Made by a program: the position numbers and the translations under genes. This document shows positions 20,001 through 31,274 of a stretch of 64,000 bases of DNA, one piece after another; position 1 is the stretch's first letter, and the number at the start of each line of letters is the position of its first letter. Below the pieces are notes generated by a model. It made no database searches. It had not been told where the DNA came from and saw only the letters and a list, made by a program, of their open reading frames with translations. Origin of the DNA: Rebecca billardiae RCC1528 (lineage: Eukaryota > Protista > Haptophyta); NCBI GenBank assembly GCA_965240325.2, contig OZ251244.1, forward strand, positions 310,001-374,000. Reading direction: 5' to 3'.

Positions 20001-22881
20001 TCAGCTGAGAGCGATCGACGCAGCCGCGCGCCTGAGCACCGTGCGCGCCAGCAGCTGGAAGCGGCGCGGCACTGGCGGCGACTCCGGCGTGCGCTCCGCC
20101 GCGATGCCGCCGCCGCCGATCGAGTGCCGCTGCTGCCGCGCGCGCAGCTGCAGGCTACGCATCCCTCTGCCCGTCGCCCACGCGCCGTGCGCCCTTGCGA
20201 CCGCGGCCGACGCCGCCGACCCCTCTTCTCCGCCGCGCGCCGGCAGGCTGTCATCGGCGGCGGCAGCGGCACGCGAAGAGCGCCCCTCCTCGTCCGCCTC
20301 ACGTGGCGGCTTCCGGAAAGGCGCGCGCAGCCGCGTGGGCAGCGGCGGCGAGCCGTCGCCTTCGCCCAAGTCCTCGCCGAAGCGCAGCGGCCGCGGCGGC
20401 GTGTTGGCGAAATCGGTCGCCGCGTCCGACATGCTACACGCAGCGTCCTCCTCGCTGCGCGCGCCGAGCGAGTGCGCGAACGGCGCGGGCCGGCGAGGGT
20501 CGGGCTCGCTCGGCGCGCGCGGCGGCAGCCGCCGCCGCTCCCGCAGTAGCACAGGCTCGACCTGCTCCTCGAACCAACGGTCTGCCAGCCACAGGTAAGC
20601 CTCGTCGCGCCAAGCGGGCGGGTCGGCGCTCGCGCTGCCCCCGTCGGAGGCGCTGCCACCGCCGCTAGAGGAGCGCCGACGCTGGGCCTCGTCCGGCCGC
20701 GCCGTGCCCGCCGCCTCCGCCGCCGCCGCCGCCGCCGCCGCCACCGCCGCCGCCGCGTGGTTGCTCACCCGGCGCGTGGCGATGTCCACTTGGCTCATGT
20801 CGAGGTAGTGGGCCTGGGCGCACGACTGCGCGCGCCACGCGGCGACATCTGCGCGCTCGAGCGCCGCTGCGAGCTCGGACATGCCCAGCTCGTGCGCCAG
20901 CGCGACCCACTCGTCGAAGTAGTGCCGCCCCCCGCCGCCCGCGCCGCCGCCCGCGCGCATCCCCTGCACGACGGACGCGCGCGCGAGCACCGCGATCGCG
21001 CTCGCGCGCACAAAGTGCTCGAACGCGGAACACGACTCGAAGTTCTCCTGGATGAGCCTCTCGAGCTTGAGCCGGTCCGCCTCGTCGGTGCACTCCGCCG
21101 CGCCCACCGAGAAGCCGCGCACCGCCGCGAGGTACAGGTGCAGCGTCGCGTCGTTGAGCATCAGCTTGGTGCACACGTGCAGCGCGGAGGGCGGGTGCGA
21201 GCTCAGGAAGTGCGCCCACTCGAAGCAGCACCCTGCGGCGCGCACGCGGAGCGGAGCGGGCGCACGGAGCGGCGGGGGATGGGGCGTGCGCGCGTGAGCG
21301 GCGCTCGGCCACGCATGCAAGTGGTGTGCTGCTGGCGAGACGCCCCTTGTGCGTCTCGACTCGTCACCACGCGCATCCCCGCGGACGCCGCGCGCGCATC
21401 CCCCGGGGAGAGAGGGAGCAGGCGTCCGCGCGCGCACAGAGCCGCGTGAAGTAGGTCCAAGGCATCACCACCACCATTGCGTCACTCATGCGGATGAAGT
21501 CGCCGATGCGGCGGAGGAAGGCGGGGAGCAGCGCGTGCTGCTGCGGGATGCACGTCTTGTCCACCCACAGCCACACGCGCCCCGGCTCCACGCCCGCCGC
21601 CAACGCGTACTCGCGCACCGCAAACGCGAGCTCCATCGTCTTCGCCTCGGCGTACGAAAATGGCGTGCGCGCGTCCGCCCAGTCGCCGGGCTCGGGCCAG
21701 ACGTGTGAGCAGAAGACAACGCGCTGCAGCCGGTCGCGCACGTCGCGCAGCTCGGAGCGCGCGAAGTGGTCGAAGCACCCCGCCGACTCGCGCCAGAAGG
21801 CCGACACCCGCCCCAGCTGCTTCGGCTGCGACCAGTCCGCCGAGACGAGCCCCGGCCTCACGACGCGCATCTCGGCCGCGACGTGAATCCACGCGTCTGT
21901 CGCCGCCTCGATCGACGACATGCGCTCGAGAAGCAGCGCGCGCTTGCACCGCCACTCGGGCGTGTCGACGTGGTCGCCGTCGCGCGGCAGCGCGTCGGCC
22001 TCGCACGCGCCGTGCTCCGGACTCGAGCTGCGGCTCGAGAGGCGCGAGGCCTGGCCATGCCGCACGCGCCGCCCGAAGCTGCCGCGCTGGCCGTCGTCTG
22101 CGTGCGCGGGCGTCGTCAGCTGCGCGGGGCAGGTGTGCACGCGCGCGCGCGCGCCGTGCGTGCGCGCGCGCGGGTCGAGCGCGCCGAGAGCGCCGAGCGC
22201 GCCGAGCGCGCTGAGCGACACCACCGCGTCGTGCATGTGCACGCACGACGCGCGCTCCGCCGGCTCGCCCTCCGCCACCGGCTCGGCGGGCGGCGGCGGC
22301 GCCAGCGGCTCGACCACGGTCACGCGCCAGCGGCACTCGCGCGTCCCGACCGCCAGCCGCTCCATCGAGATGCGCTCGCGGAGCACGCCCTCGGCGACGG
22401 CAGGCAGCGCACCCTCGACGATGCTCGCCAGCCCGCCGCGCGGGCTCGAGTACACGAGCACGAACGAGCCCGTGCCGCTCTCGACGTCGTCGATCGCAAA
22501 GCTCGGCAGCGTCGCGTGCGTGAGCGAGCGCTCGAGCGCCGTGTGCATCTCGTTGACGTTGCGCAGGAGGGACTCGAGCGAGTCAGACGCGAAGCCGCGG
22601 ATGAGGCGGGCGTACCCCATCCGCAGCGCCATGCGCACGGTCTCCGCGCCGAGCAGGCGCAGCCCCTCCTCCACGCCCACGCCCATGAGCGCAAACGCCT
22701 GCGCCAGCAACTCCTCAGACTGGCCGTCGTCGTACTGCTGCTCGAGCAGCAGCGAGGTCTCGTCGGCGGGGTCAAGGCGTGCGAAGCACGCGCATGTGCG
22801 CTCGTGCACCAGCTCCCAGCCGCCGACGCCGCGGTGGCGGCGCACGAGGTTGCGCACAGCTCGGTGTAGCAGCCCGTGCAT
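20001..22881 (-). CDS. H-NOX (heme NO-binding) + TIR/HET-like domain protein, ~891 aa; exons 22881-21438 and 21232-20001
   Basis: H-NOX motifs MHGLL, YDD, LRNVNEMH, LPSF and YSSPR. Second domain VFCSHVW...WLWVDKTCIPQ...YFTRLWCCFE, where the Trp codon is rebuilt across GT-AG intron 21437-21233. Confidence 0.85.
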
Positions 22882-23438
22882 CCGTGTGGGCCGCTCGTGT
22901 GATGAATTGTTGGATCGCTTCTGGAACGCCGTAAAAGGAAGGTGGAGCAATACAAGTAGGGCGGATGCAACTAGGATATCGTGTGTGCTTCTCCGCCGAA
23001 GCCGTTTGTAAGCGGCCGAAGCCCGAAGTCGCGAGAACTGAGAGCATTCGTTGCGACAGTATTCGATACATATGGAAACGGAAACAATGACGAATACCTT
23101 CATTAGTGTGAGAATATCGTCTAAATTGACGAAGATTTGACGCCAACACCATTCAAACGCGTCATGAGGTAATGCCGTCGAAGTTACTAGTACTGTGTTG
23201 CCGGTACCCACCATCACCTACGCGCACCCGCGTTACCCCCATGTCCCATCAATCACCCCTGGTCCGAAAGAGATGGGCCCTTGAGAGATTGATAGGCGAT
23301 TCGATCCAGGTTTCTGACCGTACCCTACCTTCCAACCGGTCCAGACCCAAGGCGGGGCCTGAGAGCCTATCAGCTATATCTATTATCTGTCTGTCGGCTC
23401 TCTTATTCGATCTCTCTACAGTCTGAGATGCCGCCATG

Positions 23439-25554
23439 TCAGTCCACGTTGAACGCGTACAGGTAGCCGTCTGTCGACGAGCACGCAAACCCGCGGCCCT
23501 CGGAGTCCCACTTGATGCAGTCGAGGAACTGCCCGACCGTGGCCTTCCGTGGCAACGCGATCTACGCGCGAGGCCAGGGAGTGGACGCGCGCACGGACGG
23601 CGCTCGCGCGCCGTTGGTCAGCCGCCGTGCCAGCCGGCAGCAGCGACGGCCGGTGCGCGGCGTGTCGCGTGGCGCAGCGCGGGCCGTCCGCGACGTGGCG
23701 CGCGCATCGCAAGCGCCGCGCGGGCCGGGCCGCACGGCTTGGGCTGCGCTGGGGCGCGAGCGCCCACCTCGGCGATGACCTCGAGGTCGACGCCCACATT
23801 GCGCACGATCTTAACCGTCGTGTCGCCGCAGCACGCCACCTTCCCGTCCGAGCTCCTCTCGATACTGGTCACGTACTCGTTGAATACCTGGAGAGCGGGC
23901 CAGCGGGGAAGCGTACGCGCGCGCGTGCGCGCGCGCGTAAGCGGCTGAGGTGCGGCCGGCCCGCCGCGCGCGTGAGGCAGGGGCGCGCAGGCGGCGCAGC
24001 GCATCTGGCTCGGCCCGCGCCCACGGCGCGCGCGCGCGCGCGCGCGCGCGCCGCCTGCCTGCCCCGCCGCCGCCCGCTCGGCGCGTGCCCGCGCGCACGC
24101 GCCGCGCCGCGTACCCTCTGCGTCGCCATCGCCGCGACCCTCTGTGGCAGGTTGCCCCCCGCCTGCATCTCGACAAGCCGCGCAAAGTCGACAGAGACGA
24201 TGTAGCCGTTGGAGAGGCAGACGAGCAGCGCGTTGTCCTCGAGCCAGACGAAGCCGGCGATGCTGCCGTAGTCCGCCGGGAACGTCAGCCCCAGGTCCTC
24301 GTGCGCGCGCGCCGAGTCGAAGGTGAGCAGGTACTTGCCGCCGAGCGAGACGGCGACAAACGGCGCGCGCGCTCCGAGCGTAAAGGCCAGCGCCTCAGGC
24401 GCGCCCGCGCTCTGGATGTGCTTGGGCACCTTCGAGCCGAAGCCGCCGAGCTTGAACTTGGAGAAGGACTCCCACTTGGCGCCCACCGCCGCGATCGGCT
24501 TGGAGATCTTCACGCGCGAGCCCGACGCCAGCCCCAGCCGGTTGTCCGGGAGCCACGCGCCGCACGTGACGGGTGTGTGCAGCGTCCCCTTGCGCTCGTG
24601 CAGCTGCAGTACTGCGTCGCGCCCGTTGTAGATGATCACCTTGCCGTCGGAGGTGCCCAGCGCGAGCTCCGGCAGGATCTTCGACCACGCGCAGTACGTC
24701 GCCTTCACCGTGTGCTTCGGCGAGAGGTGCAGCGGCACGACGTTCGCGGGGAGCGGCTCGCCCGCCTCCACGGCGGCGACCAGCCGCCCTGCGTCCCACA
24801 GAAACACGCCGTGCGCCTGCGTGCGCACGGCGAGGACCTCGCCCTTGCAGTCCCAGCCGATCCAGCGCGGCATCGAGTCTGCGAGCTCGTAGCCGTGGAT
24901 CTTCTTGCCCGTCCGCCTCAGCACCTGCACCAGCGCCTTGCCCTCCCGGAACGAGGCCACCGCTGCAGCCGCGCAGCAGCGGCAGCGGAGCGAGGGCGGG
25001 GACCACACGGTGGGCGGGGGCCGGCGCCGCGCGCGCGCGCGTCTCGGGCGCGTGGGCACGTGCGGCGCGCGCGCGCGCGCCGGGCGCGCCGAGCCGGACG
25101 AGCGCGGGCCCGCACCGAGCGCCTTGCCGCCAGGCTGCCAGTCGAACACCAGCTCGCCCGTGCCGAGCGCGTCGGGGCCGAGCTGGAAGAGAGTCTCGCC
25201 TTTGTGCAGAGCCTCGCCGTTGAGCGTGAGGATGGCCTCGCCGCGGGCTCGAGGCGTGGCGAGGGTGTTCTCCTCGGTGTGGGTCAGCTGGTGGTCGCCC
25301 TTGCGCAGCTCCCGGTCCATCGCCAGCCCCGACAGGTCGAGCTTCTTCACTTGCACCGACTCCTTGGCGCGGCTCACGCGCTTGTCATACTGCTCGCGGC
25401 TGACGGCGCCCGAGGCCGCCTCGGCGGCCGCGGGCTCGGGTGGCGGCGAGCCGGGCGGCGTCGCCGCCTCCGCGGCGGCCGTCGCGTCCTCGTCATCCGT
25501 CGCGGCCTCCGCCAGCTCGCGCACGGGCAGCTCGTCGAGCGTGGCGCTCGACAT
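23439..25554 (-). CDS. WD40 protein similar to the first beta-propeller of WDR19/IFT144, ~509 aa; exons 25554-25116, 24962-24115, 23887-23768, 23561-23439
   Basis: FDWQP, WDCKGEVLAV, AWSK...LALGTSDGKVIIYN, VTCGAW...NRL.L, LTFP.DYGSI..F.W, KVACCGD..VKI and W..EG...ACSSTDGYL parallel the WDR19 N-terminus. Three GT-AG introns keep frame (1530 nt). Confidence 0.75.
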
Positions 25555-25924
25555 CTTGTGCCCACTCGCGCTCGCGCGATCGGTTTGTGGAATTGTGGCC
25601 AGCACGAATTCCTATTATTCCGCCGCCATATCATTTTGGGGGCTTTTGGGCGAGCGTCATCAATATGCGTCTGGATGCCGGACTGATGATGAACAGTCCG
25701 GATCCAGAGTGGCTGCAACCCAGCCGGAGCGGCAGCGTCCCTCGCCGCTCTTGCGTTCACTGCGCTGAGCAAGCTCGACGGCGGTGGCAGGCACCGACCC
25801 GTCGACGACGACCTCGCCCAGACGCGCACGCGGCCTCGCGCTCGTGCGCAGCAGCCAGCTTTCTGCGCGCTCGGCTGATCGCGATCGCAAAGGGGCGCGG
25901 CTGAGTCGCGAAAGCTTGACGCCC

Positions 25925-27217
25925 ATGGATCGTCCAGAGCACAACTCGGCGGGGCGCGCGCGGCCAGGCGCACGGGCCAAGGAGCGTGGCCAGAGCCGCA
26001 GCCGCCCGAGCGGCCTAGGCGAGGACACGGCTGAGCAGCCCGAGCATGGACGAGTGCGCCCAGCAGACTGCGCCGGCGCGCTCCTCTCGGCCAGCGTCAC
26101 CAAGCAGGCGCGGCTGGACCCGCCTGAGCCGCGCGCATGCATGCGCGCGCACGCGAGTGAGCTGCCGAGCGCGCTGCCCACGCCCACCGCGGAGCTCATC
26201 GAGCTGATCTTCGACCCGACCATCTTCGAAGCCAGTCTTGCGCGCGTCGGTCTCCCGCCCGTGTGCGCGCGCGTCGAGCGCACCCAGATCCGTCGCGCGC
26301 GCGACGCGCTGTGCGAGCTTGCGCGCGCGCTCGAGTCGGAGGCGCAGCCGGACGCGCGCGAGCTCGAGCGGCTTTCGGCGGCGTTCTTCAGCGCGGTGCC
26401 CGGCGTGATAGGCGATGGCGCAGAACCGCCGCGTTTGCGCAGCCGCGCGGCCGTGGACGAGAAGCACCGCCTGCTCGACGCGCTGAGCGATGCCGCGCTC
26501 GCGGCTAAGCTCGAGGCTGGCTGCGCCGCGCGCGCGGCCGAGGCGCCGTCCGCTCGCCATCGGCCGGCGCTGCTGCACGAGCAGCTGCGGTGCGAGCTGA
26601 CGGAGCTGCAGGCGAGCGAGCCCGAGCTCGGCGTCATCCGGCGCTACGTCGAGGCGACGCAGCCGCCGGGCGCTGGCTGCGAGCTGCTGCACGCGTGGCG
26701 CGTCGACTGTGCCGCTGAGGACAAGCGCTTCCGCCGGCACGCCGCGCTGGGCAACCGCCGTCTCCTCTGGTACGGCTGCGCCCTGTCGGAGGTCGCCGCC
26801 GCGCTGCAGGACGGTCTACGCATCGCCGAGCCCCCGCTCGGGCCCGCGGGCCGCGGCATCCACCTCGCAGACTGCCAGCAGGTCGCCAGCGAGCGCGCGC
26901 GCGCCGGCGGAGCGCCTGCGCATGCGGTCCTGCTGCTGGTCGAGGCGGCGCTGGGCGCGCAGCACGAGATCACCGAGGGCAATCGCGCGCTCACGGCGGC
27001 TCCGGAGGGCGCGGACTCGGTGCTCGCCGTCGGTGCCCAGGCGCCACGGCGCGCCGACGACGTGACCGTGGTGCTGGACGGCCAGCCCGTCGCCGTGCCG
27101 CAGGGCGAGGTCATCTGGACGGGCCGCACGAGCGCCTTTGACCACAATGAGTACGTCGTGTACCGCGAGAGCCAGCTGCGCATTCGGTTCATCCTCACGC
27201 TCGGGAACTGGCTGTGA
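25925..27217 (+). CDS. PARP3-like protein (regulatory helical + catalytic domain) with substituted NAD-binding residues; start uncertain
   Basis: LIELIFD...LS..FFS.VP...EK..LLDALSD regulatory domain; GNRRLLWYG...GLRI...GRGIHLA...EAALG...DSV.A.G...VPQG...NEYVVYRESQ.R.RF catalytic domain. Confidence 0.85.
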   Translation: MDRPEHNSAGRARPGARAKERGQSRSRPSGLGEDTAEQPEHGRVRPADCAGALLSASVTKQARLDPPEPRACMRAHASELPSALPTPTAELIELIFDPTIFEASLARVGLPPVCARVERTQIRRARDALCELARALESEAQPDARELERLSAAFFSAVPGVIGDGAEPPRLRSRAAVDEKHRLLDALSDAALAAKLEAGCAARAAEAPSARHRPALLHEQLRCELTELQASEPELGVIRRYVEATQPPGAGCELLHAWRVDCAAEDKRFRRHAALGNRRLLWYGCALSEVAAALQDGLRIAEPPLGPAGRGIHLADCQQVASERARAGGAPAHAVLLLVEAALGAQHEITEGNRALTAAPEGADSVLAVGAQAPRRADDVTVVLDGQPVAVPQGEVIWTGRTSAFDHNEYVVYRESQLRIRFILTLGNWL

Positions 27218-27362
27218 TGGCGGGCGTGTGTGCCTGGCTGCCACGCCCAAGTCGCGCCCCTTGCCTCCGGCTCCTGTCGTCACCTGACACTGTGTCCCAT
27301 CTCGAGAGTCGAGATTGAAGATTGATGCTGTACTGTACAGTATCGAGTTGAGAGTACATCAA

Positions 27363-27419
27363 GTACAGTTTACTAAAGTAAGATAAGACACGCACATGTA
27401 CAGCTCAGGCAGGCGAGAT
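27363..27419 (+). repeat. Dispersed ~55-bp intergenic motif, second copy at 38444-38492
   Basis: gtaca(g/a)tttactaa...taaga(c/g)acgcaca...cagctcaggcaggcgagat is shared by both sites. Confidence 0.7.
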
Positions 27420-27586
27420 ACAATCTAAAATCCAGCCCATCAAGGGCGCGCGCGACGGGCGGGCGCGCGCGCGCGCGCGCCCCGGCCCCCGGCGAGGAAT
27501 CCGACGCGCTCACCCGCCCGCGATAACTCGGTCTCCGTCGTGCACGACGTTCGTGAGCGACGCCCGCACGCGTGCGCCTCGCGAGC

Positions 27587-29134
27587 ATGTTCTTCCTGGT
27601 CGGCCTCGTGCTCACCGCCCTCTGCGGCGTCGCCGCGGCCCTGGCGCTGCTCCTCACCTCGCGCCCGAGCGCGTCCGCGCCGTCGGACGGCCGCGCGCCG
27701 TTCGCGCCGCTCTCGATGCTCGAGGTGCTGAGCATGCTGCAGTCCAAGCTGGCGCCGGAGAAGCTGCTCGAGCTCTCGCGCAGCGTGGGCCCGGTGTTCC
27801 GGCTCAAGTTTCCGCTGCTCTGCGACTACGTCGTCGTGGGCGACCCCGCGCTCGCGCGCACCGTCCTCAACGACGTCAAGTCCGACAAGCCGCAGATGAT
27901 CTACCACGGCTTCACCGGCGCGACCGCGGGCGTGGCCACGATGTTCAGCGCGCGGACGTCGGACCCGCGCTGGGCGCACGCGCGCAAGGCGGTCGCGCCC
28001 GCGCTCGGCGGCGCGAAGAGCGCCGCGCGCGCGCACGCCGTGTGCATGGACGAGCTCCGCAAGTGGGACGCGGCGCGGCTGCGGCCGGCCTCGGAGGCGG
28101 CGCAGTCTGTCGACATCAACGAGGCGGTGCTGCGGCTCACCGTGCGCGTGATCATGCGCGGCGGGCTGTGCTACGCGATCGGCGACGCGGAGGTCGAGGC
28201 GTTCCTCACCGACGTCGACGAGTCGCTCCGCGAGTTCGCGCAGCGCCAGCCCTTCAACCCGCTCCGCCGGCCGCTCGGCTGGGCGCTGCCGGCCGCGCGC
28301 AGCGCCGCGCGCGCCGCGGAGCGCACGATGGCCCTCTCGCAGCGGATACTGGAGTCGCACCGCGCGGCGACCGGCGAGGGCGCGCCCGACGCCGCCGCGC
28401 AGCGCGAGGCGCGCTCCGGCTCGATCATCGCACACCTCTCCGACAACCCCAACTACGCGGACGAGCGCGAGCGGATCGCGGACGTGACGACGTTTGCGGT
28501 CGCCGGGTTTGACACGACGTCGTACGCGCTCACGTGGGCGCTGTACGAGCTGGCGAGGCAGCCGGAGGAGCAGGCGGTGCTGCGCAAGGCGCTGCGTGGC
28601 ACGGAGGGCGAGGACGAGAGGTCGCTGATGGCGGTGCCCGAGATGGCCAACGTCGTGCGCGAGGCGATGCGGCTGCACCCGTCGACCGCACTAGGCTCGC
28701 TGCGCAGCGCCTCGCGCGATCTGACGGCCGAGCTCACGCGCGCCGCGGAGGGCGGCGGGGTGCAGAGCGCGGGGAGCGTGCGCATCGCCGCGGGCTCGGT
28801 GGTGCACATGCCGTCGTTCGTGATCCACCGCAACCCTGCGGCGTACGCGCGGCCCGACGAGTTCCTGCCCGCGCGCTGGGACCCCGCGCGCAGCGCCGCC
28901 GCGCTCGGCTCCGCGCCGCCGCCCTCGCCCGACGACTCGTTCCCCTTCGCGCTCGGCCGGCGCAACTGCGTCGGCCAGCCCCTCGCGCGGCTCGAGATGC
29001 ACGTGGTGCTCGCCTACCTCGTGCGCAAGTACGAGTGGACGGTGCACACGGAGCCGGAGCCGGTCTACTTCCTCACGCGGAAGCCGCACGGGGCCCGGCT
29101 GCTCGCCAAGCCCGTCCAGGCGGTGGCCAACTAA
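27587..29134 (+). CDS. Cytochrome P450
   Basis: N-terminal TM anchor, I-helix AGFDTT, K-helix EAMR, PARW (PERF-like) and heme motif FALGRRNCVG. Confidence 0.95.
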   Translation: MFFLVGLVLTALCGVAAALALLLTSRPSASAPSDGRAPFAPLSMLEVLSMLQSKLAPEKLLELSRSVGPVFRLKFPLLCDYVVVGDPALARTVLNDVKSDKPQMIYHGFTGATAGVATMFSARTSDPRWAHARKAVAPALGGAKSAARAHAVCMDELRKWDAARLRPASEAAQSVDINEAVLRLTVRVIMRGGLCYAIGDAEVEAFLTDVDESLREFAQRQPFNPLRRPLGWALPAARSAARAAERTMALSQRILESHRAATGEGAPDAAAQREARSGSIIAHLSDNPNYADERERIADVTTFAVAGFDTTSYALTWALYELARQPEEQAVLRKALRGTEGEDERSLMAVPEMANVVREAMRLHPSTALGSLRSASRDLTAELTRAAEGGGVQSAGSVRIAAGSVVHMPSFVIHRNPAAYARPDEFLPARWDPARSAAALGSAPPPSPDDSFPFALGRRNCVGQPLARLEMHVVLAYLVRKYEWTVHTEPEPVYFLTRKPHGARLLAKPVQAVAN

Positions 29135-29839
29135 CGCCGCCAGGGCCCCTGGGCCTGGCCAGCGCCCCCAGGCCGCGCGTGCACGACGCGGGATGGCGGC
29201 CGCACGGTGTACGGGCAGCGCGCAGTGCAGCACGCCTGCCGCCTGCCCGCGCCGCAGCGGCTGTCACGACTGGCCCGATGCAACATCGCGGGTATAGGCC
29301 AGTGAGGTCCCGGACGACCGTACCGCAGTGGCCGCCGTCTGACTACCGGGCGAGTCTGACGCCAGCAGTGAATATAGTCGTAGTACGTGATAATTCCGGC
29401 CCCGAGGATATATGCTGATGACACTCGGAGTCAGTTAGAGTAAGAGTAGTGCCACGCACGGTCTCAGGTCTGCGTCTCGTGCCAGTCGTGACTCGGTCTC
29501 GTGTCCCGGTGCCGTCGTGCGACAGACGACGACTACTACCGGGCCACGACGCAGGTAAATCGCCACGGCGTCGCCGCCGACGGCCCGGATGCTTTGACTC
29601 GCACTCCGGCAGCGGCCCCGCGGCCGCGGGCGGGCCGGCGGCCCGGCGCGGGGCGGCAGAGCGGGCCTGCGGGCCCGGACCGCGCGGGCCGAGGGCCCGC
29701 GCCCCGCGGGGCCGCCCGGGGGCCGGCCGGGGAGTGCCCGCGGTGCAGGCTTGATGACTAGTGACTGGCAGCGCGCTGCGCGGAGCGCCGGCGGCGCCGG
29801 CACTCGGCTGGCGACGGGCGTCGATGCCGCACCGTCAGT

Positions 29840-30749
29840 GGCCTGTTTCATTTCTACCAGATTCCATTTACTATGTCACGGCGACAAACCCGTGCCCGCC
29901 AGTGGGAATCGGTGTCACGCCCCGTTCAGTGTACCTCTCACGGCCGATGGCGGCCCCGGCGTGCGCGAGGAATGCGATTCCTGCACTCCTCGGTGACCGG
30001 TGAGTGCAGGAATCCAGTTGCGGCGCTCGTCCGCCTCGTCGTCGTCGCACACGAGGTACACTGAAGAGCACGGGTCAGAAGCCAGATCTCTCTGCGCGCT
30101 CGCGCCCGCGCGGCGAGGCACTGGCAGGCTTGTTCTGGCATCATCTTGGCCAAGACTGCAGCCTGCCAGATGCGCGAGGACGCGTGTGCACGCCTTTCCC
30201 GCGTCATGGGTGCGCGTGGCACGCACCCTGTCGTCATCTACGCCGAGGAGGCCTGAGCAACCAGCCCACCAACCTGCCGTGACCACGTTCAAATGCAGGC
30301 GGCAAGCTGCATGCGAGCGCACGCAACGGAAGCATCTCACGCTCGACAAGGAAGTGGCGGCGGAGCGAGTGTAGCTGGTATCGTTTGCAGCCCATCGGTT
30401 GTTCAACAATCCTGGTTCAACAACTGACACGGGCGCGACGCAGCCAAGGCAGAGTGCTTGCAGCTCGCAGCGCGCCCGCAACTGCGGTTTGCCGCCGCGG
30501 CGCGGCGATCGTCACACCGCCGTGCGCTGCGAGTGACCTCTGTGTCATGGCGAAGCACCATGGCAAGGCTAAGCAGCATGCCTTGGCAACACATTTCGCT
30601 ACAGCTCAGCGCCCTAGTACGAACATGCGCCAACGACGTGCCATCCCTACTCCGCAATCGCGCCGGCACCCACCACCAGCGGGAAAGCCGCCATTTTACC
30701 CGGTTTTGGCGAATGTCGCCGTTGGGCTCTCATAGAAATAAAACAGGCC
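29840..30749. mobile_element. PIF/Harbinger-like non-autonomous element, 910 bp
   Basis: 17-bp TIRs ggcctgttt(c/t)atttcta at 29840-29856 and 30733-30749, flanked by direct repeat CAGT. Minus-strand VVEPGLLNNRW...AACRLHLN resembles a decayed Harbinger transposase (VE..FG.LK.RW...AC..LHN). Confidence 0.7.
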
Positions 30750-31274
30750 CAGTGCCGGCCCGGTCGGCCGCGGTGCGCGGCGCCGCCGGACTCCGTCACT
30801 TTATAGTTCAGCCTGGCCCGTCGTAATTCAGCTCAGACCGTCGTAGCAGTCGGTAGTGACGCTGTCACTTCGGTCTGAGCAGTGAGCCGTAGTAACTATT
30901 ATAAGTAAGTGATTCGCTAGTACCTCACTGCTTGACACTCGGCCGGACCGAGTGATGCCCGTAACCGCACAGCCGCCGCCCGCCGGCTGCGTTGATGGCT
31001 TGACTCATCGGCACCGGCACAGCAGCCGCGCCGCGCCAGCGCCGGGGGGCTCGGCGACGCCGAAGCCGGCCGACGCCGACGACCCCAGCTGCCAGCGTGC
31101 CATCACAAGTCCTGGCGGCTCGGCCTTGTGTCGTCCAGCAGCGATCGTGATCATGATGTCGCCGCCGCCAATGGTGTTGCAGCCGCACATGAGCGCTCGC
31201 GGCCGAAGGGCATGTGTTGCGCGGGGCCGGCCCGAAAGTCACAGGCCGATGCGGCGCAGCCGCGATGTGCGCTC

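Noticed and set aside
22882-23217. 112-aa N-terminal extension of the H-NOX ORF
   Set aside because: Non-ATG-like start in AT-richer sequence; H-NOX domains typically begin M(Y/H/K)G, matching ATG 22881.
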